Positions 1 through 8,098 of a stretch of DNA of 36,385 nucleotides are shown piece after piece. Positions within the stretch are counted from its first letter, which is position 1. Every line of letters begins with the position of its first letter. The translations under genes and the position numbers were made by a program. Below the pieces are notes generated by a model. That model saw nothing but the letters and a program-made list of their open reading frames with translations. It had not been told where the DNA came from and did not search any database. Source of the stretch: an uncultured Candidatus Saccharibacteria bacterium (GTDB lineage: Bacteria > Patescibacteriota > Minisyncoccia > Phycocordibacterales > UBA918); assembly GCA_964402035.1 (NCBI GenBank), contig CAYOAM010000002.1, positions 244,964-281,348 of the forward strand, in the 5' to 3' direction.

Positions 1-1
1 A

Positions 2-454
2 GTGGAAACGCAAGACCGCTGCAAAATGTCCCGGCAGTTTTTCTAATATGCGTTCAATCTCATCGGTGTCTTCTTTTTGTGCTTGATGCTCTGTCTTGTC
101 CCGCACCTGTTGCTCATATTCTGGATCGAGCGCTATAGTGCGCTCTCCCATATGTTTGCGCTTCATATAGCGCGTGAGTGCCGTATTGATCAAAATAGTA
201 TATGCCCACGAAGAAAAACGTGCTCCTGTTCTCACCTCAAAACGATCCATGTACATATAGACCTTGGTAAACGCGTCTTGTACGACTTCTTCAGAATCAA
301 GTGGGCTATGAAGGATTGATTCTGCTTTGCGCAAAAAAGCATCCTGATAGCGATCAAGAAGTATTGAAAAGAGCCATGGCTCACCACGTGAACGAAACAA
401 GATTTCTTCGTCGCGTAGTGACTGACTGCCCTCGTCACCTAATAGCTCAAACAT
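2..454 (-). CDS. RNA polymerase sigma-70 family factor (ECF-type), partial; the C-terminus lies beyond the left window edge
   Basis: The ORF is not in the supplied track because it runs off the edge. My manual translation from the ATG at 454 is open to the edge: MFELLGDEGSQSLRDEEILFRSRGEPWLFSILLDRYQDAFLRKAESIL...VQDAFTKVYMYMDRFEVRTGARFSSWAYTILINTALTRYMKRK...LPGHFAAVLRFH. This fits a region-2 pattern (DAF...Y...F.......F..W...I..N), with the start of region 4 at the end. Confidence 0.8.
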   Translation of the reverse strand, partial: MFELLGDEGSQSLRDEEILFRSRGEPWLFSILLDRYQDAFLRKAESILHSPLDSEEVVQDAFTKVYMYMDRFEVRTGARFSSWAYTILINTALTRYMKRKHMGERTIALDPEYEQQVRDKTEHQAQKEDTDEIERILEKLPGHFAAVLRFH

Positions 455-586
455 AGTAGATACACGATACCATATGACCAAAAAAGCTGCTCCTTACTCA
501 AATCTGCTGTCCCGTGACATTACACCACCTCACGGGGTATACTACATCCTCATTATTAAAACTAGGTATTCGACGCGGATGTTTCT

Positions 587-1162
587 ATGGCCACACTTGC
601 ATACAACGAAATATTGCCAAAATCAGTTATCGTCATAAATGACGAGCCCTTTCTCGTACTTTCAGCACACGTTTTTAGAAAGCAGCAGCGCAAGCCTGTC
701 AATCAGACCAAAATGAAGTCCCTCAAAACCGGCCGCGTAATTGAGCAGACATTTCATCAAAATGAAAACGCCATCGAGGCAGATATTGAAAAGCGTCCTA
801 TTGAGTTTATATACGAAAACCGCGGAGCGTATTGGTTTTGCGAGGTAGGAAAGCCCGGTAATCGATTTGAATTGTCGACGGATGTCATCGGCGAACAGCG
901 GCAGTTTATCAAAGCAAAATCAGAAGTTGAGGCACTCGTTTTTAACGACGAGATCATCGGCATCAAAATACCCATTAAAGTAGAGCTCATGGTAAAGGAA
1001 GCAGTGCCATCGGTCAAAGGCAATACTGTGCAAGGGGGTAGTAAAGAAGTAACTCTTGAAACCGGTGCTCGTATCCAAGTCCCAATGTTCATTAATGAAG
1101 GAGACGTGATTCGTATCAACACTGAGAATGGTGAGTATACTGAGCGTGTCTCAAAAGCCTAA
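587..1162 (+). CDS. efp: Translation elongation factor P
   Basis: The 191-aa product is colinear with EF-P over three domains (…KTGRVIEQTF…, …GDVIRINTENGEYTERV at the C-terminus). The start is ATG. A hairpin terminator follows directly. Confidence 0.93.
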   Translation: MATLAYNEILPKSVIVINDEPFLVLSAHVFRKQQRKPVNQTKMKSLKTGRVIEQTFHQNENAIEADIEKRPIEFIYENRGAYWFCEVGKPGNRFELSTDVIGEQRQFIKAKSEVEALVFNDEIIGIKIPIKVELMVKEAVPSVKGNTVQGGSKEVTLETGARIQVPMFINEGDVIRINTENGEYTERVSKA

Positions 1163-1175
1163 CATCAACTAAAAA

Positions 1176-1204
1176 AGAGCCGGACGCCTTGGGCGTCCGG
1201 CTCT
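1176..1204. terminator. Bidirectional rho-independent terminator between convergent efp and rpsR
   Basis: Perfect 13-bp stem AGAGCCGGACGCC / GGCGTCCGGCTCT with loop TTG. It is flanked by an A-run upstream and a T-run downstream. Confidence 0.8.
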
Positions 1205-1216
1205 TTTTTATGATTC

Positions 1217-1432
1217 TTAACGAGAGAGATATGGCATGAGTGCCATAAATCGCGCGCGCTTCACTGCCTGTGCAAAGAGGCGCTGTTCACGACCCTTAAA
1301 GGCTGTGCGACGACGGCTATGCATACGAGCATGCGGATTAATATTTTTGCTCAAGAGCGCAACATTCTTGTAGTCAAAATGTATGCTTCCACGCTCCTTT
1401 TTTTCTTCACTTTTTGTAACTGTTTTTTCCAT
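1217..1432 (-). CDS. rpsR: 30S ribosomal protein S18
   Basis: …FDYKNVALLSKNINPHARMHSRRRTAFKGREQRLFAQAVKRARFMALMPY matches the S18 signature (DYK..LL….RR.T....QR.L..A[IV]KRAR..AL[LM]PY). I take the start at internal MEKTV (1432) rather than the longest ORF start (1456). Confidence 0.9.
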   Translation of the reverse strand: MEKTVTKSEEKKERGSIHFDYKNVALLSKNINPHARMHSRRRTAFKGREQRLFAQAVKRARFMALMPYLSR

Positions 1433-1458
1433 AGTAATAAATGTGTAAGTAATCAATT

Positions 1459-1902
1459 TTAGAACGGTATATCATCAGGATTAATCTCTTCTTCAGGATA
1501 TTCCATACTGTCAGAACCGGCTTCCTTTGGTGGGGCCTTTTGACCTCCATCTGATGGAGCGGTACTTCCACCTCCCGTACCCTTTGGTCCAAACTGCATT
1601 CGGTCAGCAATAATCTCGGTACGGTACTGTTTAACGCCATCCTTATCCCAGCTGCGTGTCTGCAAGCGCCCCTCAATATATACTCCACTCCCTTTCTTGA
1701 GGTATTGCGCAGCGATCTCTGCTTGCTTTCCAAACAGTGCAATATTGTGATAATCAACAGACTCTTGTTTTTTTCCATCGCGGTCTTTGTAGACTCGGTT
1801 TGTGGCGAGAGAAAATGAACAGACCTGAATACCCGATGGCAATGCGCGGACCTCCGGGTCGCGCGTGAGATTGCCGTAGATCATTGCTTTGTTGAGGTAC
1901 AT
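1459..1902 (-). CDS. ssb: Single-stranded DNA-binding protein
   Basis: It has an OB-fold N-terminus (MYLNKAMIYGNLTRDPEVR…), a Gly/Pro-rich linker and the acidic C-terminal tip …DDIPF. It sits in the classic rpsF-ssb-rpsR arrangement. Confidence 0.93.
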   Translation of the reverse strand: MYLNKAMIYGNLTRDPEVRALPSGIQVCSFSLATNRVYKDRDGKKQESVDYHNIALFGKQAEIAAQYLKKGSGVYIEGRLQTRSWDKDGVKQYRTEIIADRMQFGPKGTGGGSTAPSDGGQKAPPKEAGSDSMEYPEEEINPDDIPF

Positions 1903-1905
1903 AGT

Positions 1906-2412
1906 TTATGAAGTTATGACTTCGATTGATTTATTAAGATCTTCATCAGACACATCGGCGACAACCGTGTCTGCATCAGATTCACTTAATACTACTGTAG
2001 CAGGTTCTGCCTTTTTTTCGAAGAACCGCTGCGGGTGAGATGACTCCTCCTTGGTCAAACGAATCAGCAAATAGCGCAAAATATCGTGTCGATGTCCAAG
2101 CTCGGTATTGATATGTGCTAGCTGATCACGCGAAATTGAAAAGCGTATCCATCCAAACCATGAGCTGTTAAAGTGCTGTGAATGCCCTTCTTTGGTCTTC
2201 GTGATTTCGTAAGCAAGGGTACAACGCTGAGGCATTTCCTCATCGATCTGTGTCCCTCCGGCCTGTATGAACAAATCCTTAATGGCGTCGGTCACTCCTT
2301 TGACTTCCCCATCAGCAACCGTTGGAAGTAGGTGGAAAGCACACTCGTACTGATCGCGCTCACCGCTCTCGGTACCCATGGCCTCGGTCGCTGGCATTGT
2401 TTCTTCTGTCAT
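1906..2412 (-). CDS. rpsF: 30S ribosomal protein S6 with an acidic C-terminal extension
   Basis: Its position upstream of ssb-rpsR supports the call. The body (YECAFHLLP…LAYEI…GWIRF…ILRYLLIRL) is S6-like. I chose the ATG at 2412 (MTEETMP…); the longer ORF start at 2526 would overlap the divergent VanY-like gene. Confidence 0.8.
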   Translation of the reverse strand: MTEETMPATEAMGTESGERDQYECAFHLLPTVADGEVKGVTDAIKDLFIQAGGTQIDEEMPQRCTLAYEITKTKEGHSQHFNSSWFGWIRFSISRDQLAHINTELGHRHDILRYLLIRLTKEESSHPQRFFEKKAEPATVVLSESDADTVVADVSDEDLNKSIEVITS

Positions 2413-2524
2413 ATTGTTTCTTATGTGTAATGTGTGAGCACGGTACCATGGAAATCCTACCTCCGCAACAATAACATGAGGTGCCCTCTGCCACAGGGCC
2501 CTAAATGGTATACTTATCCTCATC

Positions 2525-3448
2525 ATGAAGACACTTCCCTATATTTTGCTCATCGCTATTGCGGCCTTTGGTATTGGCGGCACTTGGTGGTTCATGGACA
2601 ATCAATCAGCCATGAGACTCCAAGCACTTGAAGGACAGCGGACCGATGAAATACGGCAGGCAGCACTTGCTTATGCTGACCTTGTAAAAGAAAAAGAAGC
2701 GCTCGAGAGTACACTCCGCGATCAAAGTGCTGTTATCGACTCGCTGACTGACGATCGCAACGACTTGAAAGATGATCTACGAAAAGCAGAAGACAAACTC
2801 GAAGCGTATGAAGAACGTGTCGGCACGGCACTGAAGACCGTGGATACCTTGGATAAATTGAGTCGTATCGATCCAGAACTCCTCCAAAAATATTCAAAAA
2901 TATTTTTCCTCAATGAGCACTACGCGCCTCCACGGACGCGAGCCCTGGATAAAGCATTCCTCTACCACGAAAACAAGGCAGAATTTCTCCATACACAGGT
3001 CATCCCATTTTTTGAAGACATGATTAATGACGCCAAAGATGACGGTGTGGATCTTTTTGTCGTATCAGCATTCAGGTCATTTGAGACACAGGCCTCACTC
3101 AAGGGCAACTACACCGTACAGTTTGGTAGCGGTGCCAATGCTTTTTCTGCAGATCAAGGCTACTCGGAGCACCAGCTCGGGACGACGATCGATTTTACTA
3201 CGACCGGCCTCAATGGCGAACTGACTGGCTTTGAGAAAACAAAAGCCTATGAGTGGCTTTCCACAAACGCACATAAATACGGCTTTATACTTTCCTACCC
3301 CGAAAACAATGCCTACTACATTTTTGAACCATGGCACTGGCGTTTCGTAGGCAAAGACCTAGCACGCGAACTCCATCGAAAAGACACGCATTTCTATGAT
3401 ATGGACCAGCGGAGTATTGATAAGTACCTCGTCTCTATCTTCGACTAA
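2525..3448 (+). CDS. Membrane-anchored D-alanyl-D-alanine carboxypeptidase (VanY / peptidase M15B family) with an N-terminal TM helix and a coiled-coil segment
   Basis: TM segment: LPYILLIAIAAFGIGGTWWF. This is followed by a heptad-rich, charged segment. M15 motifs are present: …VVSAFRSFETQ…, SEHQLGTTIDF, …YGFILSYPENN…EPWHWRFVG. Confidence 0.85.
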   Translation: MKTLPYILLIAIAAFGIGGTWWFMDNQSAMRLQALEGQRTDEIRQAALAYADLVKEKEALESTLRDQSAVIDSLTDDRNDLKDDLRKAEDKLEAYEERVGTALKTVDTLDKLSRIDPELLQKYSKIFFLNEHYAPPRTRALDKAFLYHENKAEFLHTQVIPFFEDMINDAKDDGVDLFVVSAFRSFETQASLKGNYTVQFGSGANAFSADQGYSEHQLGTTIDFTTTGLNGELTGFEKTKAYEWLSTNAHKYGFILSYPENNAYYIFEPWHWRFVGKDLARELHRKDTHFYDMDQRSIDKYLVSIFD

Positions 3449-3622
3449 AATCGCATTTTAAAATACGTATCTATTTCTTTGCCTGTGTCGATCAAATCAC
3501 TTGGCACGAGGATCGTGAAATATGTTCCCAACATATTTCACTGCCTCGGGTTTTCACTCCTATGAAATATGGCTTAATGTCATATTTCACCATCGTATAT
3601 ACGCATTTTTAAGATACGATTT
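3449..3622. repeat. Hairpin-cassette repeat element, copy in inverted orientation (CCC loops)
   Basis: It starts right after the VanY stop codon. The imperfect ends are aatcgcattttaaaatacgtat and atacgcatttttaagatacgatt. Hairpin 1: GTGAAATATGTT-CCC-AACATATTTCAC (3515-3541, 12 bp). The linker contains cctcggg. Hairpin 2: TGAAATATG-(9 nt)-CATATTTCA (3563-3589). Confidence 0.6.
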
Positions 3623-3648
3623 CTTACTTAGGCATTTTTTGCAAAATC

Positions 3649-4506
3649 TTACTGGAGGTTGATGCCAAATATCCGCTCTGTGTTTTTGAGTAATTGCTCA
3701 CAGACGACTTCCTCATTTTCGCCTCGGATCTCTGCAATTTTTTTCACAACTTCAATCACATACACAGGTTCATTGCGCTTGCCACGAAAAGGTACTGGCG
3801 TGACGTACGGAGCGTCGGTCTCTGCGTGGAGCATAGAAAGGGATGCATGCTTGACGACCTCGTCATAATCATGAGTAAACGTGATCACACCCGTAAATGA
3901 CGTCGTGTAGCCCATATCCCAAAAAAGTTTGGCATCCTCTAGGCTCCCAGCAAAAAAGTGCACGTTCCCCAAGACCTTCGCGTGTGTTTTTAAAATCTCC
4001 CATGCGTCACGATACGCATTTTTATTTTCGCCACTCCTGATATGGAGCATCAATGGCTTCCCTACTTCATTGGCCAATTCTATCTGCTCGATAAAGGCGG
4101 TTTTTTGTAGTTCAAGTGAACTCTCTTCAGTGCGAAAATAGTCGAGCCCACACTCACCTATCGCTACAACCTTCGGATCGTGCGCAAGCTTTCGATAATA
4201 TGCTGGATCAAAAATCTCACCACGTGAAGTAAATCCTTGCTCAACATCAGTAAATTCTTTTGGGTCATGATACGACTTGCAGGTATGCACAGGATGGAGC
4301 CCCACAACAGCATAGACTCCAGACCCATACGCATGCGCAAGATCGACGGCTTTCTGTGCCGTGTCATGCTGAGTACCGACGTTAATCATCGCAACCCCCG
4401 CTTCCTGCGCACGAGAAATCACCTCCGCAGCATCGTCCTTGAAAGCAGAAAGATTTACGTGTGTGTGGACATCAATGTAGGAAAATTTAGAAGACATAAC
4501 AAACAT
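3649..4506 (-). CDS. tatD: TatD-family metal-dependent hydrolase (DNase)
   Basis: YIDVHTHVN (HxH), …AIGECGLDY…, …PLMLHIR…, …VHFFAGS…, …LHAETDAPY… is the TatD motif series. The start is ATG 4506 or 4497. The long ORF extension to 4809 overlaps the upstream gene and is rejected. Confidence 0.88.
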   Translation of the reverse strand: MFVMSSKFSYIDVHTHVNLSAFKDDAAEVISRAQEAGVAMINVGTQHDTAQKAVDLAHAYGSGVYAVVGLHPVHTCKSYHDPKEFTDVEQGFTSRGEIFDPAYYRKLAHDPKVVAIGECGLDYFRTEESSLELQKTAFIEQIELANEVGKPLMLHIRSGENKNAYRDAWEILKTHAKVLGNVHFFAGSLEDAKLFWDMGYTTSFTGVITFTHDYDEVVKHASLSMLHAETDAPYVTPVPFRGKRNEPVYVIEVVKKIAEIRGENEEVVCEQLLKNTERIFGINLQ

Positions 4507-4588
4507 GTGGACGACTAGGATGCGTATTTTTTGAAAACGTCGTTGGGGTGATGGGCAAAGACAAACATATATCCTGGCCTCTATTCTT

Positions 4589-5233
4589 CTACCAGTGGTT
4601 ATTGATAGTAAGTATAAGCCGTTCTCCGACCTCAATAGGTTCAACTCCGTGAAAAGTCCGATCACCAAAAAACAAACAGAGATCATTTGGCTTTGACCGT
4701 ACAACAATATGCGGAAATAGTCGTCGCGAAAGTGGAATATACCGCAACATTCGTGATAAACAATATGCCACAATGCTGTTTTGACTGATACGCAAGTTGG
4801 GAAAAGCAATAAGCTCGCCTCCTGTAGGCGGCATGGTAATTGCGAGCGTTGTATTCACATATGCACCGTCATAATGATAATCTGTTTCTTCTGTTTTCTT
4901 TCCGTCACGAGCATCTTTATAAGGAAACCCAATACGCTGTCGAGCTTCAGAGAGCGGTATGTATTCCTTACCTTCCTGCCGACAACGCTCCTTGTAGATA
5001 GCCTGAAACATTTCAAAAAAAACTGGTGCATGTGCGAGTTCAAACGCAAAAGAATCTTTAAGCACACCCGTCTTCTTGTTGCCCTTACCTTCCGCAGACT
5101 GTTTCAGTTCTAGAAATGCTTCAGGTGTCAAAAAATCAGACAACACAACATAACCATTTTTTAAGATTGTTGAAACGGTTGCACTAACCCATTGAGAATC
5201 AACAAACTGTGATCGGTAGAGCGGATTGATCAT
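4589..5233 (-). CDS. Putative 2-oxoglutarate/Fe(II)-dependent oxygenase (prolyl-hydroxylase-like double-stranded beta-helix)
   Basis: It has an HxD…H…R arrangement: …TDYHYDGAYVN… (H-x-D), then …GDRTFHGVEPIEVGERLILTI (distal His followed by G-x-R). No closer family call can be made by eye. Confidence 0.55.
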   Translation of the reverse strand: MINPLYRSQFVDSQWVSATVSTILKNGYVVLSDFLTPEAFLELKQSAEGKGNKKTGVLKDSFAFELAHAPVFFEMFQAIYKERCRQEGKEYIPLSEARQRIGFPYKDARDGKKTEETDYHYDGAYVNTTLAITMPPTGGELIAFPNLRISQNSIVAYCLSRMLRYIPLSRRLFPHIVVRSKPNDLCLFFGDRTFHGVEPIEVGERLILTINNHW

Positions 5234-5253
5234 GACTCTCTAATAGTACACCT

Positions 5254-6690
5254 CTAGTCCTTTCGTAAAAAGAGTGGCTCCGGCATTTTATTCTCTCGCA
5301 CCGCAACACGGATTTTTTCAGCGGTCGCAGGCATAAAGGGTGCTAGGTGTGTCGCAATCTTGTAAATATGGCGGACCATCTTCTCAATATCCTGCTTCCC
5401 GTCGACTACGATAGTAGGATCATCGGACTTTACTTTTTTATACGGTTCGGTTTTTTGGATATACTCATCACCCAACTGTATATGCGAGAACATAATATCC
5501 ATCGCTTCATTGATGGCGTAGCGATCAAGGGCTACACAAAAGGCCTCCTCCAGAGGTTCATCCGAGACGGCCACGGGTTCCAAAAGATTACTTTCAGCAA
5601 GACGCATCACCCGTGAGACCTGATTGCCGAGACCATTCGCCAGATTGGCATTGTACACTTCCTTGAAACGCTCCATAGTGAAATCACTGTCTTCAAATGG
5701 ATGGATGTGACGTGCGAGATAGTAGCGCAATGCTTCAACGCCATATTCAGCAACAATCGTGAGTGGGTCGACAACATTACCTAGCGACTTTGACATCTTC
5801 TGCCCCCCAGACGTAATAAAACCGTGTATGAGAATTTGCTTCGATGGTGGAAGTGCTGCGGACATCAACATCGCTTGCCACATCGCAGCCTGCTGACGAA
5901 CCTGATCTTTTCCTGCCATTTGTGTTCCAGGCCAAAAACCATCAAAGTCTTCTCTTTCGGGCCAACCAGTCGTTGAAATATAGTTAATCAAAGCATCAAA
6001 CCACACATACATCACATGTGCGTCGTCTCCTGGGACCGGTATACCCCATGACATTTTTTCTTTGAGGCGCGAAATTGAAAAATCTTCGAGACCACGCGCG
6101 ACAAAAGCTTTGATCTCATTGAACCGCACATCGGGCACGACAAAATCTGGTTGTTCTGCATAGAGAGCAAGGAGCCTTTCTCCATATTTTGAAAAACGAA
6201 AGAAGTAATTTTCCTCTTCTCTGTTTTCTAGTTCCTTGTTGGGGTGTAGTGGACACCGTCCTTCTACGAGTTCCGAGTCAGTCTTTTCTAGTTCACAACC
6301 CACACAATAGCGCACCTTGTACAGTTTTTTATAAATATCCCCTGCGTCCATGCACCGCTTCCAAAACTCTTGTGCTGCCGCTTTGTGATGTGGATCCGTC
6401 GTACGGATGAAATGCAATATACTCACATCCAATCCAAGGATATTCATTATTTCACGGAACTTTGCAGCATATTCATCGGTATATGCCTGCGTATCTTTTC
6501 CTTGTGCTTGCGCTACCTCATAAATCTTTTGCCCATGTTCATCGGTACCGGTATTAAAGAACACTTCAAATCCGCGAAGTTTTTTATATCGCGCAACAAT
6601 GTCAGCGTGTACAAACTCAAGTGCATGCCCCATGTGTGGCTTATCATTCACGTAAGGTAGCGTCGTCGTAAGATAAAATTTTTCTTGCAT
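5254..6690 (-). CDS. metG: Methionyl-tRNA synthetase (short form, no C-terminal Trbp111 domain)
   Basis: [19 protein letters not shown] (HIGH-type motif), a Cys-knuckle (CVGCE…CPLH) and KMSKSLGN. Confidence 0.95.
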   Translation of the reverse strand: MQEKFYLTTTLPYVNDKPHMGHALEFVHADIVARYKKLRGFEVFFNTGTDEHGQKIYEVAQAQGKDTQAYTDEYAAKFREIMNILGLDVSILHFIRTTDPHHKAAAQEFWKRCMDAGDIYKKLYKVRYCVGCELEKTDSELVEGRCPLHPNKELENREEENYFFRFSKYGERLLALYAEQPDFVVPDVRFNEIKAFVARGLEDFSISRLKEKMSWGIPVPGDDAHVMYVWFDALINYISTTGWPEREDFDGFWPGTQMAGKDQVRQQAAMWQAMLMSAALPPSKQILIHGFITSGGQKMSKSLGNVVDPLTIVAEYGVEALRYYLARHIHPFEDSDFTMERFKEVYNANLANGLGNQVSRVMRLAESNLLEPVAVSDEPLEEAFCVALDRYAINEAMDIMFSHIQLGDEYIQKTEPYKKVKSDDPTIVVDGKQDIEKMVRHIYKIATHLAPFMPATAEKIRVAVRENKMPEPLFLRKD

Positions 6691-6695
6691 GAGTA

Positions 6696-8069
6696 TTATG
6701 CGCGAAGCATGTTAGCAAGCTCCGCTATCGCGACACGCACCTGTTCTCCACTATCTCGATCACGCACCGTCACCGTATTATTTTCCAATGTTTCAAAATC
6801 AATAGTCACACAATGTGGTGTACCGATCTCATCTTGTCTGCGGTAGCGTTTGCCGATATTTCCATTATCATCCCATTCACACATCATCTCTTTTTTTAGC
6901 ATCAGATACACTTCTCGTGCTTTTGCTACAAGCTCTGGTTTATTTCGCAAGAGTGGCGATACCGCAGCCTTGATCGGTGCAAGAGATTTTGGCAGACGAA
7001 GCACGGTGCGCTTTTCTCCGCCCAATTCGTCTTCAGCATAAAATTCAGTGAGCACCGCAAGGAAGGTCCGGTCAAGACCAACCGACGTTTCAACAACATG
7101 CGGAATGTAACGCTCTTTCGTCTCCTGATCAAGGTACGAAAGATCCTTTCCAGAAAAAGTCTGATGTTGTGTCAAATCGTATGCACCGCGTGCGTGCACC
7201 CCTTCAAGCTCCTTAAAACCGAATGGGAATTTGTACTCAATGTCCCACGCTGCCTTGGCATAAAAGACCAAATTTTCATGCTGGTGCCACTTGAGATTTT
7301 CCGCATTAAAACCAAGATCAATATAGTACTGCATGCGTTTCTCGCGCCACACCTCATAGACAACCATCTCTTCTACGGGAGAGACGAACATTTGCATCTC
7401 CATTTGCGTCAATTCCCTCAAGCGAAAAATAAACTGTCGTGGAGCAATCTCATTGCGAAATGCCTTACCGATCTGCGCAATACCAAACGGAACCTTTACA
7501 CGCGAGCTATCAAGTACATTTTTAAAATTGATATAGATCCCCTGACAGGTCTCGCCACGCAAATAGGTAGGCTCCTTTGTCCAATCATTCGAAAAGTTTC
7601 CCAGATTTGTTTGCGCCAGAAGATTGAATCGCTTGACTGCGGTAAAGTTTTTCTTTCCACAGTTATTGCATTTCAAAAGTTCACGCTTCGAATCAAAAAT
7701 AGTATTGATCTCTTCGTCTGACATTTTTTCATCAGCAAAAGCATCGACCGATTCCAAGAGGTGATCTGCCCTGAAACGCGCATGGCATTCTTTGCATGCA
7801 ACCAGAGGATCAGAAAAACCTGATACGTGACCTGAAGCTTCCCACACCTTTGGATGCGTAACAATAGCAGAATCGAGTCCTACAATATTATCTTCATCTT
7901 GCACCATGCTTTTCCACCATGCTGCCTTTATATTGTTTTGGAGCAGTACGCCATAGGGGCCGTAGTCATACACACCACCAAACCCACCATAGATGTCTGA
8001 ACCTGGATACACAAAGCCACGACGCTTTGCGAGAGAGACAATAGTTTCAAGTAGTTGATCCTTTTCCAT
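6696..8069 (-). CDS. glyQS: Glycyl-tRNA synthetase, alpha2 dimeric (GlyQS) type
   Basis: …[25 protein letters not shown]…, class II motifs (FRNEISPR-like FRNEIAPRQ, …GLDR…) and an anticodon-binding C-terminus. Confidence 0.95.
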   Translation of the reverse strand: MEKDQLLETIVSLAKRRGFVYPGSDIYGGFGGVYDYGPYGVLLQNNIKAAWWKSMVQDEDNIVGLDSAIVTHPKVWEASGHVSGFSDPLVACKECHARFRADHLLESVDAFADEKMSDEEINTIFDSKRELLKCNNCGKKNFTAVKRFNLLAQTNLGNFSNDWTKEPTYLRGETCQGIYINFKNVLDSSRVKVPFGIAQIGKAFRNEIAPRQFIFRLRELTQMEMQMFVSPVEEMVVYEVWREKRMQYYIDLGFNAENLKWHQHENLVFYAKAAWDIEYKFPFGFKELEGVHARGAYDLTQHQTFSGKDLSYLDQETKERYIPHVVETSVGLDRTFLAVLTEFYAEDELGGEKRTVLRLPKSLAPIKAAVSPLLRNKPELVAKAREVYLMLKKEMMCEWDDNGNIGKRYRRQDEIGTPHCVTIDFETLENNTVTVRDRDSGEQVRVAIAELANMLRA

Positions 8070-8098
8070 GGCAGAGTTATAGCATATTTCTCCGAAAA

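Noticed and set aside
4507-4809. N-terminal extensions of the longest ORFs for tatD (to 4809), rpsF (to 2526), rpsR (to 1456), glyA (to 18408), the MazG-like gene (to 18826), dcd (to 21379), the matrixin-like gene (to 26935), the nucleotidyltransferase (to 34353), the LOG-like ORF (to 34829) and purE (from 34647).
   Set aside because: The extensions overlap neighbouring genes or read as non-protein-like sequence. In each case the recognisable homologous region begins at an internal Met or Val.
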